From: Octopus bimaculoides
Taxonomy: Eukaryota
Assembly: GCF_001194135.2 (NCBI RefSeq)
Contig: NC_068988.1
Coordinates: forward strand, 56,754,701 to 56,818,700
Length of the DNA stretch: 64,000 bases
Direction of reading: 5' to 3'
In this document: positions 26,476 to 39,700 of the stretch, one piece after another
How positions within the stretch are numbered: the stretch's first letter is position 1
Layout: every line of letters starts with the position of its first letter
Notes under the pieces: generated by a model
Databases searched by the model: none
The model's input: the letters and a program-made list of their open reading frames with translations, nothing else
Told to the model about the DNA's origin: nothing
Translations under genes and position numbers: made by a program

Positions 26476-26970
26476 AAGTTTTGTAGAGGATTTCGAGTTT
26501 TGTGTAATAAAAATTGTCACACCTTATATTACTGTAAATATGCATACATTCAATACATCTAGATGTAAAAACTATACACACACTAAGAGAACACAACAGA
26601 GACAACAAAATAAATAACATGAGCTTAACTTTGCATTCATTATTTTCCTTTCATAATTCTCTTAACATATTCCTTAAAAAAATCCAGTACAACCATCAAC
26701 CTGGTGTTGATCTTTTTAGTTAAACACATTCTATATCAACACTGGGTTAGCTTTGATTACCAAACATGATTTGTTCTGGATTTTCTATTTTTGTAGGAAT
26801 ATGTTAAAAGAGTTAAGAAATGGGAATAATGAACAAACATTCAAACTAATGTTATTTGTCTTTGTCATTTTGCATATGTAGTTTCATGTAAATCTAATGT
26901 ACCAAATGTATGTGTATTTAAGGTGAGACAATTTTTATTACATAAAACTTGTAATCCTTTACAAAACTTT
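26476..26970. mobile_element. ~495-bp fold-back element
   Basis: aagttttgtagaggatt...taataaaaattgtcacacctta pairs with taaggtgagacaatttttatta...aatcctttacaaaactt; inner arms aacctggtgttgat / atcaacactgggtt. Confidence 0.85.
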
Positions 26971-28469
26971 TTCATGTTTACATTCTTTTATACTTCTGTG
27001 ACAAGTAAATCACTGATTTCAATATCCATTGACTGAAAAAGAAAATGCTGCATCCCAACCACATGGTTCCGTGTTCTCTCCCACTGCACAGCACCTTGGT
27101 TAAGTGTCTTCTACTATAGACTCAGGCCAACCAAAACCCTATGAGTGGATTTGCTAGACAGAAACTGAAAGAAGCTCTATAATCTAAATTATATTAATGA
27201 CACATGGATTGTGTATCTCATTTGAAATAAGGTCTCAAAGGAATTCAATCCCACTTTTTCTATACAATGTTAAGATAGGTAAAAGTTTCCCAGTCAATTC
27301 CACAATCGTGTCAACCATCTGCAGGTTCTGTACCACCCCCTGGTCACTAACCACCACACCCAATCTTTGTTTCTCTAAGATGTCATCCCTCCCAAATTCC
27401 CTGTCCTGTCCTGCATCCGATAACATCTGACTGCTTGTGAGGATCACTAACAATGTAGATCTCACTGGTCTTGGAGGATCTGCAAGAATCATTTTGGAGG
27501 GGAATATTTCTCCCCACCAGACCAAGCCAAACCACCCCAACAAGCAACAACCAAAGTTCAATGCAATATTCAACAGGAATATATTTATCTTTGGTTTAAG
27601 TGGGGAACTGGGCAGAGTCGGCAGAGCGTCAGATGAAATGCACAGAAGTAGTGATTCTAGTACCTTGCATTCTGAATTCAAATCCTGCAGAAGCCAACTT
27701 GCATGGGCGGTGGCCTTAATCTGTTGCCTAGTTTAACACCAACACCTGGCTTATATCCACTCTCTTGCAGGCATTGGGTCCAAGACTCCAGTTTGTGGGG
27801 GGAAAATCCCTCCCTTCTACCAGGTGTTAAGGTCCTGTAAAGTGTCATGGGCACTGCACTTCTGAATAAAAAGGTGGAGGGGATCTTCAGTAAGGCACAC
27901 ATATGGTTGTGTGGTTAAACTCATTTCACAACAACATGGTTTTAGGATCAATCCCACTGTATGACAATTTAAGAAAATGCCTTGAGTGAATTTAGTGGAT
28001 GAATATATATATATTGATCATCATCATTATCATCAGCAACCTTTAATGTCTGTTTTCCATGCTGGCATGTGTTGGATGGTTTTAACAGGAGCTGGTAAAT
28101 GGTAAAATAAGAAATCACACTTGGTTTCATAGTCTGTTTTGGTTTGGTTTCTATGGCTGGTGCCCTTCCAAACACCAACCACTTTACAGAGTGTACTGGG
28201 TACATTTTATGTGGCACCAGCACTGACAGGGTCATCAAACAACTTGCCAGATAAAACTCATTGGCTGTGAGGGGAGGAATAGAAATGAGGCCTGGTTGGC
28301 CTAGGGTCTATAGTATAAGACAATCATGTATGTCTTCAACTAATGTTATATATAATACGTCAAGTTAATTATAATAGTAAGAGACATAGATGATTGTCTT
28401 ATATTATAGCCCTAGGCCAACCAATGACTCATTTCTACACTTCCTCTCAAAGCCAAGGAGTGAAGGTGC

Positions 28470-28772
28470 ATGGCTCCATGGTTAGAGTGTCAGGATTGCT
28501 ATCATGAGGTAGTGATTTTGATTCCTCGATTGAGCTGTGTTGTGTTCTTGAGCAAGACGCTTTATTTCATGATGCTCCAGTTCACTCAGCTGTGACATCA
28601 CTGGTGCCTTTCTTGTGGATAACATTGGTGGTGTAGAGAGGGGAGGCTGGTAAGCATGGGTGACTGCTGGTCTTCCATAAACAACCCTGTTCAGACTTGT
28701 GCCTTGGAGGGGAACTTTATAGGTGCAATCCCATGGTTATTCATGACCGAAGGGGGTCTTTACTCTACTAGA
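28470..28772 (+). mobile_element. tRNA-head SINE family 5
   Basis: Same head and core type as family 3 with a different 3' body; an inverted relative lies at 53900-54248. Confidence 0.7.
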
Positions 28773-29225
28773 CAGCAATAGTTTTCTAAATATTATTTTC
28801 TACTTTAAATATATAGTTTTACTTAACTTTCTGTACAAAGTGTGCAACAATTTTCAAAATCCCATACAAAATGCACCAGTATTTTTTTGCTTAATCCTTA
28901 ATGTGCCACTAAATCAAAAATATTATGAAAGACTGATCTAAAGAGTTAAGAGGCTCTCTTGGGGTTTCATAGTTTTGCAAGCTGCACGGGGACCTCACTG
29001 GCATTGAATTGAGGATATGAAAAAGAAAAGCACGTAGTTCATGCTGTGTAATGGTTGGCAATAGGAAGGTCATAGAAGCCACAGAAACCATGCCGATGCT
29101 GACATTGGAGCTCAACATGGCTCTGAGGCTTGTTGGATTCTGTTAAACCATCAAACTCATGCCAGTACGGAATATGTATGCTAAATGAATAAGATGCTCA
29201 TAAAAGAGTGTGTTTACAGATATTA

Positions 29226-29439
29226 CGAGGGGGTAGTGAAATGTTCCTGGCTTTAAGGATATTGCAAATGGCCTGGTTGGAGGCCTAACTTTCTGAGTTC
29301 TTCTACAGGGCTTAGAAAAACTGAAGGACTGCTGCAATAAGAGTATGAATCTGAGAGGGGAATATATTGAATAAAATCATAACTGATCCTCCTGTATTTT
29401 CTTTCACCCAAAGCCAGGAACTTTTCAGCACTTGCCTCA
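29226..29439 (-). mobile_element. Mariner-type MITE (~215 bp)
   Basis: TA|CGAGGGGGTAGTGAAATGTTCCTGGCTT ... AAGCCAGGAACTTTTCAGCACTTGCCTCA|TA. Confidence 0.75.
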
Positions 29440-29542
29440 TACATGTATATATTATTTTTTAATTCTTTAGTTTGATGTAGCCTTGTTTAAGAGGCCATGC
29501 TGGAGCACTGAGTTAGTAAATGTATAGATAAGAATCACTTAC

Positions 29543-29635
29543 CTCTCTAACCATTTCCATTGTAAATAACGTTTAAAATACATTGATTCTAAGAATTCTG
29601 AAAATGTTTGCTTGCTTAAATAATCTCTGGCTATT
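29543..29635 (-). CDS. GRK5: GRK5-like exon, end of RH domain, 93 nt, phase 2 to 2
   Basis: Acceptor ttctttctgtttcag, donor AG|gtaagt. Translates IARDYLSKQTFSEFLESMYFKRYLQWKWLE, containing the GRK-diagnostic LQWKWLE. Confidence 0.97.
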
Positions 29636-29724
29636 CTGAAACAGAAAGAAACAAAAATGAATGAAAAATAATACAAAATTTAAACTTGATGTTGGAGTCA
29701 GTTATTAAAAGAGGACATGGAACA

Positions 29725-30287
29725 AACACACCCAGACTGCCTTCTTCCAACTGTTAAACATGGAGGAGGATCTGTGATGATCTAGGGGCTATATCGTGGA
29801 AATCTGCCAGCCCAATGATTTCCCTTCGTAGCAAAATTAATAGTCAAGATTATTTAAGCATTTTATCTGGTCAAATTTATCCTATGGTTGTGGAACTGTT
29901 TCTGCAGGGAAACGCAATCTTTCAGGATGATAATGCACCAATTCACACAGCTAAATGTGTTACTGAATGGCACAAGGAACATTCTAGTGAAGTTGAACAT
30001 CTTATTTGGCCACCACAGTCCCCTAGATCTCAATATTAGTGAACATTTATGGTGCATTTTAGAAAAACAAGCAAGGAGTCGATATCCTCCACCATCATCA
30101 CTACAAGAACTGGAGACCATTTTAGCTGAAGAATGGACAAAAATTCCTTTGGAAACAATTCAAACTTTGTACGAGTCCTTACCTTGTTGAATTCAAGCTG
30201 TAATTACTGCCAAAGGTGGTCCTATCCCATATTAAAATAAATTTGTTTGAAATTTTAAGGTGCTTCCATTATTATGCCCAATCTGTG
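29725..30287 (+). mobile_element. Tc1 transposon 3' fragment (pseudogenised DDE transposase plus right end)
   Basis: PDCLLPTVKHGGGSVMI*G...IFQDDNAPIHTAK...WPPQSP(frameshift)DLNISEHLW...EEWTKIP...IQAVITAKGGP; classic Tc1 motifs with stops and a frameshift. Confidence 0.95.
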
Positions 30288-30711
30288 TGTGTGTGTGTGT
30301 GTGTGTGTNNNNNNNNNNNNNNNNNNNNNNNNNNNNNNNNNNNNNNNNNNNNNNNNNNNNNNNNNNNNNNNNNNNNNNNNNNNNNNNNNNNNNNNNNNNN
30401 NNNNNNNNNNNNNNNNNNNNNNNNNNNNNNNNNNNNNNNNNNNNNNNNNNNNNNNNNNNNNNNNNNNNNNNNNNNNNNNNNNNNNNNNNNNNNNNNNNNN
30501 NNNNNNNNNNNNNNNNNNNNNNNNNNNNNNNNNNNNNNNNNNNNNNNNNNNNNCAGCCTTGTCACACTGTGTTACGCTGAATATCCCCAAGGACTACGTT
30601 AAGGGTACACGTGTCTGTGGAGTGCTCAGCCACTTGCACATTAATTTCACGAGCAGGCTGTTTCGTTGATCGGATCAACTGGAACCCTCGACGTCGTAAG
30701 TGACGGAGTGC

Positions 30712-30750
<39 letters not shown>

Positions 30751-30789
30751 ACTCTATGCATAGAGTTGTATATATATTTATTTGCATTT

Positions 30790-30945
30790 GCAAGGTGTAA
30801 GTATACTGTTCCAGGAAGACATGGGATGAAGTACTGAAGACCGATCTCAAGCTACTGACCCTTACAAAGGAGATGATTGAAAACCGAGATATCTGGTGCC
30901 TTGCTGAACTCAAGAAGACCTGTCTTCCACAGCAGAATTGATACC
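30790..30945 (+). mobile_element. RTE LINE 3' coding remnant
   Basis: RKTWDEVLKTDLKLLTLTKEMIENRDIW matches the RTE C-terminal RKTW.....D...L...E...DR..W pattern. Confidence 0.6.
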
Positions 30946-31847
30946 AGTGCTGGTTCCACGTTAAAAGCACCCACTATACTCTGTGGAGTGGTTGGCATTA
31001 GGAAGGGCATCCAGCCATAGAAACCAGGCCAGAACAGACGATGGAGCCTGGTGAGGCCCCTGGTCTTACCAACTCTGGTCAAACTCTCCAATCCATGCCA
31101 ATATGGAAAACAAATGTTAAATGACAATGATGATGATGATGATGATATAAGTCAGCTTTATGAAACTGAAGTTCAAAATATCATCCATTCACAAAAAATG
31201 TAAAACTGGACTACATTGTATGATTCCATAGGTTATGGAGGCTCCTTAGGTTGCAGAAAAAAAGTAAGGCATTGAGTTAAATATTGGTATTATGAAAGAG
31301 AATTACCTGCTTCTACAAGACACAGAAGCATTCACTATCCGGAAGATTGCCTAATTACCTGTTTCTGATTCTCTACCAAATATGTACCAAGTCACTAAAC
31401 ATCATCATCATCATCATCTCTCTCTCACACATCCACCCACCTACACCCACAAACACACAGAGCCAGTCTTATTAATGTCAACACAGTACTGAGTTGAATA
31501 AGTGCCAAACAATGGATTTCTTTCATGAGCTGGTGTGTGTGTCTTTCTATAAAAGTGAGTTTCAAAGTATGGTTTATTGATTAACGAATCACATGACTGC
31601 TATAAAGCTGCAGTAGGTAGAACAATCTGTGAATTGTAAAGTGTCAAAGAGTCAATTAAAACAGGATTGAAGAGCGATTAACTCCTTTCGTATAACATGA
31701 TGAAGACCTCCTGTACCAAAGTATTCATAATTCATTTGAAACATCCTTCAGAATCTCCATATGATACGAATAATAGCATGATATTTTAGTAGTTCAAAAC
31801 TAACATAACATGTAAACTAGCTGGTCAATGCCAACATTATATATCAT

Positions 31848-32130
31848 CATCATCATTGTTTAACGTCCGCTTTCCATACTAGCATGGGTTGGACAATTTG
31901 ACTGAGGACTGGTGAACTGGATAGCTGCACCAGGCTCCAATCTGATTTGGCAGAGTTTCTACAGCTGGATGCCCTTCCTAATGCCAACTACTCCGAGAGT
32001 GTAGTGGGTGCTTTTACGTGCCACCGGCACGAGGGCCAGTCACATGGTACTGGCAATGGGCATGCTCGAAATGGTGTATTTTACGTGCCACTTGCACAGG
32101 AGCCAGTCCAGTGGCACTGGCAACAACCTC
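31848..32130 (-). mobile_element. Family 4 repeat (RTE-associated, (GAT)n tail)
   Basis: Reverse complement of 61315-61630; tail ttaaacaatgatgatg. Confidence 0.85.
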
Positions 32131-32525
32131 NNNNNNNNNNNNNNNNNNNNNNNNNNNNNNNNNNNNNNNNNNNNNNNNNNNNNNNNNNNNNNNNNNNNNN
32201 NNNNNNNNNNNNNNNNNNNNNNNNNNNNNNNNNNNNNNNNNNNNNNNNNNNNNNNNNNNNNNNNNNNNNNNNNNNNNNNNNNNNNNNNNNNNNNNNNNNN
32301 NNNNNNNNNNNNNNNNNNNNNNNNNNNNNNNNNNNNNNNNNNNNNNNNNNNNNNNNNNNNNNNNNNNNNNNNNNNNNNNNNNNNNNNNNNNNNNNNNNNN
32401 NNNNNNNNNNNNNNNNNNNNNNNNNNNNNNNNNNNNNNNNNNNNNNNNNNNNNNNNNNNNNNNNNNNNNNNNNNNNNNNNNNNNNNNNNNNNNNNNNNNN
32501 NNNNNNNNNNNNNNNNNNNNNNNNT

Positions 32526-32700
32526 TTGCCTGTGAGGAACCTTGCAGAACCTCCTCTCCATCTTACTTCCTGGATGCAGCACATATCTACGCATCTCCGT
32601 TCAAGCATCTCAACAATTTCACCAGATCTACCTTTCAGCGTGCCGACGTTGAGAGTGCCAATCCTAACAGTATGGGTGTTGGGGGTGTGGGCCTGTAGCC
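32526..32700 (-). mobile_element. RTE LINE endonuclease N-terminus running into an N gap
   Basis: VRIGTLNVGTLKGRSGEIVEMLERRCVDMCCIQEVRWRGG, the APE-type NV..L and QE.RW motifs of RTE elements. Confidence 0.9.
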
Positions 32701-32994
32701 TGGGAAGAGGAAAAGCAGTGTCGTACGTTAAACTGATAGGCTTATACAACATGCCCTGTATCTCCGAGCAATCATTCAGGCTCAATCCATAACATTAGAT
32801 GTATTTAAAAACCAGGATGCTGGTCTATGAAAAAAAATACATGAGAAAAAAAAATGAAAAGAAAAACATGCAAAGAAGGTTGATGTAAAAAGTGGAATCG
32901 GAAAGATGAAAAGAAAAGTAAAAAAAAAAAAATCAAAATCTTTGTTGTCTTTTACCATAATTAATGCTGCTGGAGCAGAATAATATATATACAT

Positions 32995-33385
32995 TTATAT
33001 TCTTTTATTCTTTTACTTGTTTTAGTCATTTTAACTGTGGCTATGCTGGAGCACTGCTTTTAGACAAAGAAACTGACCCCTGGACTAATACTTTCTAAGC
33101 TTGGTACTTACTCTGTTGGTCTCTTTTGCTGACCTACTAAGTTATGGGGATGTAAACACATCAGTTGTCAAGCGATGGTGGGGGACAAACACAGACACAA
33201 GCATACAAATACATACATACATATAGATATGACAGGCTTCTTTCAGTTTTTGTCAACCAAATCCACTTACAAGACTTTGGTTTGTTTGAGGCTATAGCAA
33301 AAGAGAGTTGCCCAAAATGACTCACAGTGGGACTGAACCCAGAGCCATGTGGTTGGAAATTAAGCTTGTAACCATACAGCCCCGT
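32995..33385 (-). mobile_element. SINE family 1, diverged full-length copy
   Basis: Tail ttcttttattcttttacttgttt through to head ctgaacccagagccatgtggttgg. Confidence 0.8.
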
Positions 33386-34931
33386 ATAAATATGTATATA
33401 TGATCATCATTTATCATCTGTTTTCCATTCTGGCATGGGTTGGATGGCTTGACAGGAACTGACAAGGTCAGGGGCCACACCAAATTCCATAGTCTGTTTT
33501 CGCCTGGTTTCTACAACTGGATGCCCTTCTTAAATGCCAACCACTTTACAGAGTATACTGGGTGTGTTTTACATGGAACCATCAACAGTGCTTTTTATGT
33601 GGCACCAGCATCAGTGCTTTTTATGTGGAACCAACATCAGTACTTTTTGTGTGACACCAGCACCCACAGTCATGCCTTTTATGTGGCACCTTGGCTTTGG
33701 GATATGTCACTACATAACTATTTGTCCTCTATATAAATACACTTCCTGATGTAACTATAATGGAAATAACAGAATTTCTTAGTTTCAAAAGAATTCTTTT
33801 TATACCATAAACTTCCTTCCTAGAAACCAATAAACAGTTTTAGGAAACACCTGTCAATTAATGCTATTTATTTGTATGATGATGATGATGGTGTAATTAT
33901 AACAATGATAATTGTGATTACTGGTTATATAATGAGGTGATGGCAATTACAATAATTATAACAGAATAATGAATTTGAATTGTGAAATTATGAAAATGTT
34001 AATTATAATGATTACAAGTTAGTTATATAACGAGGGGAAATCTTAAAATTCTTTCCTTTACTGTCTGCATACAAAAAAAAAATACATGTTAAAGAAGGAA
34101 AGGCTTCTAAGTGGTATTTGACCCGTTAGAAATAACAGTCACATCTCCTTCAGTTACATAGGATAATGTATTCCGAGATATACTTTGTCAGAAAATAAAA
34201 TGATCTGACTATAGCTAGAATGTCTTGGATCATAAGTCAGTTTGATAGAGAGCAGACCTGGAGTTAAACACCAAACAAAACAAATAAACAAAAACAAACA
34301 AAAATAATGGCTTTAAGCATAACGAAGAAATTATTTCTATCGAGCAGAAAACCTCATTAGTCGTATTATTGAATCTGAGTCAGTGTTTTGGTGAGCTGAG
34401 TTCAAATCCTTGAAAAGTCGACTTTCCTATTCATTCCACTGTAGATAAGTATCAAGGTGGGGGGAGGGGATTGTAAAATGCACATCTACAACAGGCTAAC
34501 GGGTGCTCTGTCAGTTACGATGACAGGGGTTCCAGTTGATCCAATTAATGGCTGCTTGTGAAATTAACATGAAAGTGGTTGAGCACTCCATAGACACATG
34601 TACCCTTAACTTAGTTCTCAGGGAGATTCAGTATGACACAGAATGTGATAAGGCTGGCCCTTTCAATTAAAGGTACTACTGCTGATTTTTTTCCATCTGA
34701 ATAGACTGGAGTAAAGTGTCTTGCTCAAGGACACTACATGTTGCCAGGAATTGAACTCATGACTTTAAGTTTGTAAGCTGAATACCCTAACCACTAAGCC
34801 ACATGCCTTCATACATCAGGCTAATTAGTTCATACTCCCACCATTACCTTAAAAAATCCTCCTCCTCCTAATTATCACTCTAGTTCACATCATCATCACC
34901 ATTCATAATCATTGTCATCATCATCATTTAA

Positions 34932-35160
34932 CCCTTTGGCATTCAGAATACTTTGTGGAATGTGATGCTTATTTGTCAACCTTGTTTGGAATTGACCATG
35001 TATTACCATGAAGCTTCGAGATTTCAATGATGTGATTGTTCATCTCTAGAATGACATTGTGGGGTAGGTCGGTGAGAGAGAGGGAGGGAGGGGCTGGATC
35101 TGACCAGTTTGACCTTAAAAACGGTAGAATATTTGGGTCAGATTTGGTTGGTTTAAAAGT
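34932..35160 (+). mobile_element. MITE A
   Basis: TTAA|CCCTTTGGCATTCAG start and body shared with 3503-3720. Confidence 0.7.
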
Positions 35161-35642
35161 TAAAGATAGATAGTTCATAGAGAGAGAAAAATAATGGTAA
35201 ATGTATCAAAGATATATGTTCATTTCTTCATTTCCATCTGATTTACTATACTTGCATGGGTTGGATGAATACATATAATCATAGAAGTGTTTTACAACTG
35301 GATACTCTTCCTGTCACTAACCCATGACAGGGTATGTTAACAATTATCAATATTTTTGGGCCCAAGATTTTCAGGTGAAGGCACAGAATGTAAGCATTCA
35401 TACATGAATAAGATTGGTACCCATAGGTTTTTGACTATTAATTTGCAGCCGCAAGCATCGGTCAACCGCACCAAAACTAGTTACTACCCTTAAATTAATT
35501 GCATAATGCTTCTTTTCAAACAAAGTTTGAAGAATCATGAAATACCTTCTAAGCATCTGGTTGAAGTTAGCTAATGATATACATTTTGCAATCAATTTGG
35601 ACAAGAACTTAATGAGAACAAACAAACAAAAACCTGGCTTTT

Positions 35643-35710
<68 letters not shown>

Positions 35711-37367
35711 GTGCTGGTGATTGAAATTCTTCTGCCATATATTCCCCATACTACATTTCTTCTGAAACAGACTTGCTGGAACAAACTTTTATTACAAAGT
35801 CTATATATATATATATGTCCCACTCTGTTTTGAGCCGAGAGAGGTTTTCGACCAAATTTATCTCTAATGAGCTACTCTCAAAAATGCTAATAAACTAACA
35901 AATTAGACCTAAATTTCACACTGATTGCCATTAAACTTATGAGTGGGTGATGTGGATCATTTGCTGAAAATTAGAATTAATGGAGGAGACGAGGAGCATG
36001 TCATTACACAACAGACGGTAAATTCCGTTTTTCTTTTTTTGCAAAGATTGGCAATTAATATCCAAGGACATGTCAAATCTGTCAGGTTCTCATTAAATAT
36101 ATACTTGTTTACTTATAGATTGACCCAGTAGCAAACTGGTATTGTATTTAATTGAGCCTGGGACAATAAACAGTAGAATATGGTAGGAGTTGAACTCAAG
36201 AGCATACAATGGGATTTTTTTCCAATTCATGCTCTACTGATTCTGTAAGTCCAGCTTTCTCTTTATATTTTTTTTATCTTTAATTGGTTTCAGTAATTGG
36301 ATTGCAGCCATGCTGGGGGACTGTCTTGGAGGGTTTAGTCAAACTCTTCAATTCCAAGACTTATTTTCTTAAACCTGGCACTTGCTTTATTAGCTACTTT
36401 TGCCGAACTGCTAAGTTAGGATAATATAAAAAAAACCCAATACTGGTTGTCAAGTGATGGTGAGGGACAAACACAACACACACACACACAAAGCTTTGTC
36501 TGTCCGAGAGATTTAGTGGAAGACACCTGCTCAAGGAGCTGTAGAAAGGGACTGAACCTAAAATCACATGGTTAAGAGGGCAAGCTTCTCAACCACACAT
36601 GCACACAAACACACACAAGCATATAGCATGTTATTATTGTGAATGCTGTTAAAGCAAACACGAGGGAGTGTACTGTCAACATAATATTCCACTGTACAAA
36701 GAAGCAATCACGGATGTCGCTGTTATGGAGATGTCACTCCCTAAAGTTAATACAACTGGTATAAGTAAACACATATGAAACTGATAAAAGAGAGTATATC
36801 ATATATTATGAACAAAACTCCTCACCATCTCACAGACATTCACACGAGTGATAAACAGTTTTAAAATAGATTGCTGTCTACAACCAAATGATTATCTAAA
36901 TTTTCTAAAAATACCTGATTATTTTCATGCCTTAATGTTTCCTTAAAACAAAACAGTTCCTTCTCCTCCTGCCAACTTGCTGCAAATGTTTTACTAGTCA
37001 ACCTCCTTACCAATTACCTTCATGTAGCTGCCTATCCTTGTCTTACTCTCACATTACCTCTTTCTCCATAATACTCATATTCTCTCTTTCCATGGTTCTC
37101 TTTCTGTCATTGCACTTATTAATGCATATGATAATGATGGTGATGTTGGTACACATGAACACACATATGAAAAATTAACAATCTACTTTCTATCTCTTAA
37201 TTGCTTTGGTTACTGGATAGCAGCCATAAAGAATTTTAGTCAAATAAATTGATCCCAAAGCTCTTTTTTTGTTTCTAACTCTGGTACTTATTCTATCTTC
37301 TCTTTCGCTGAACTCCTAACCTATGTAGTCCTAGATACACAGTGTCTGCATAAATAGACATAATATA

Positions 37368-37547
37368 GGTGCAGGCATAACTGTGTGGTTAAGAATCTTG
37401 CTTCCCAACCATGTGGTATCTGGTTCAGTCCCACACTAAAGCACCTTGGGAAAACGTCTTCTACAAAGAGCCCTGGGCTGACCAAAGCCTGTATAAGTAG
37501 ATTTAGTAGACAGAAAATGAAAGAAGCCCATCACGTGGATGTGATTG

Positions 37548-37583
<36 letters not shown>

Positions 37584-37945
37584 TGTGTATACATGTATTC
37601 TTTTATTCTTTAATTTGTTTCAGTCATTTGACTGTGGTCATGCTGGAGTACCACTTTAAGTCGAGCAAATCGACTCCAGGACTTATTCTTTGTAAGCCTG
37701 GTACTTATTCTTTCAGACTCTTTTGCTGAACTGCTAAGTTACAGGGACGTAGACNNNNNNNNNNAAACACAGACACACAAACATATGCACACACATACAT
37801 ACATATATATATATACAAATATATACAATGGGCTGCTTCTTTCAGTTTCCGTCTACCAAATCCACTCACAAGGCTTTGGTCGGCCTGAGACTATAGTAGA
37901 AGACACTTGCCCAAGGTGCCACGCACTGGGACTGAACCTGGAACC
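37368..37945. mobile_element. Two adjacent inverted SINE family 1 copies (+ 37368-37560, - 37600-37945)
   Basis: A plus-strand head and body followed directly by a minus-strand copy. Confidence 0.75.
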
Positions 37946-38839
37946 AAATAAAATACACAGCAGTAGTAAAGATATGAATCTTTAGTTTACTATAATGCAA
38001 ACAATGTTAGAACCATCACCAACCAAGACGATGCGATGCCATAGTAGAAGGCGATGTAGAATTCTCTTTGAAATCTTATTGAGTGTGTGAGAGAATGTCA
38101 TGCTATAGAGAATATGCATGCTGCTGTAGTTTCTTTCTAGGTCTAAGTTAGCCAATACTGTGTCTTTTTGGTGGGGTTTTGTGATTTTGTGACAAATATC
38201 GTTAATGATAGATGATCCACCAGTCTTTCTTCAGCCTTTTTCAGCTCCAGGCAACAGGACCAATGGATGCTGCGAGATCTCACTTCTCTTGTGCTACACA
38301 CGATACACACTCCAGCAGTGCACACAATACTGAACAAGCAAAAGAGAGAGAGAAAGAGAGAGAGAGAGAAAGAAAAAGAGAAAGATGAAAGTAGAATGAA
38401 AATGAAATAAAAAGTTACTTTCTGCTATGGAGATATGGCAGACTTATTTCAAAAGATCATCAGCTTACAACACACAGAGAGACATGCAGGACACACAGAC
38501 AGAGTAGTCAATACTGTTCTATGTATCTATGATATATTCATCAATGCTTATTTTCCATTCATTGCTAAGACCATTGTGGTTGATGACGTTTCATATATAT
38601 ATATATAATTTTTTTTTCAAAGATTGATTATAAAGAGGCTTAAAATAAAAATCATATCTAGGGGAACAATTCTTAACAAATGAATTAATAAACCAGTGTA
38701 ATTAACTTGAGATATGTAATTACTACAAACAATGAATGGAAAAAAAAAAAAAGACATGGCATGCTGTGTGGTTAAGAAGCTTTGGGTCGACCAATGCCTT
38801 GTCAGTGGATTTGGTAGACAAAAACTTTGTGGAAGCCTG

Positions 38840-38873
<34 letters not shown>

Positions 38874-39379
38874 ACACGCACCATCATTGCTTGACAAACA
38901 ATTGTTAAATCTCTCTTGAAGAATCACAAAAAAAAAAAAAATATTTCCTTCCAATGAATCAGACAAAGTGGAACCAACTAAGGAACAAAGAAGCCCCTAT
39001 ATGGTCTCTTAATCTGCTAGAAGCATCAAGTAAATTTCCTACAAATTACATCTTAAATCTTAAATAAAGAATGGACACAGTGGATAGTAGTGGCAGAAAA
39101 AGATAAAAAAAAGAAAACAGAAAACTGGAATGGTTTCATGTGGGACGTTTTGTGCTGTAAGTCAGGTAGGTCATGTTTGGCTATCACAGTAACCAAATAT
39201 TGGAATTACATAGACCTGGAACTGTAAAAGCTTTACACTGGTGCCAACAGAGAAATTGGTCAACAAGCAATGCAACATTCATTAGAAATAAATGAAACCA
39301 ATTTCCTCTCTGTACACCTTTGAATGCAACAGGGACACGAACCCTAAAAGGATGTTAGCATCAATTGAGAGACAGACTT

Positions 39380-39700
39380 GATGTCACACAATTCAATCTT
39401 CTGCAAATGCACAATACCTGACCATTTTGAATTTAGCACCATTACATGTTGAGCTAGTTGCTCCACACACTGAGAAATTACCAGCAATGCTTTTAGGACA
39501 AGGGTGCTTCAACGTTAATCAGAATGGTGACTTCAACATTCACAAGAAAAATAATAACAGGTAAATCTTGCCTGTATCAAATGTTAACTTTTCTTTCAGA
39601 ATGCTAGTTATAAATTCTTGGCATTTTTTGGTTGATTTTGATAAACTTTGTCATCCAGTTTTGGACCTGATTAAAAACTCATTCATGTGATATTCCCTTC
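39380..39700 (+). mobile_element. Possible ancient LINE endonuclease remnant
   Basis: GDFNIH at 39526-39543 and a downstream LDLI; these are short APE motifs only. Confidence 0.4.

Noticed and set aside
27235-27736. Overlapping 148-aa and 99-aa ORFs
   Set aside because: No recognisable motif or splice context; they overlap a degenerate SINE head.
29543-29545. Junction codon AG|C gives WLES-QP rather than vertebrate WLER-QP, hinting at a missing exon
   Set aside because: The frame is intact and this position varies in the family (Ala in GRK1 and, as I recall, fly Gprk2).
38440-38470. CTGATGA...GAAA hammerhead-like core on the minus strand
   Set aside because: No stem II can form between the motifs and no flanking stems were found.
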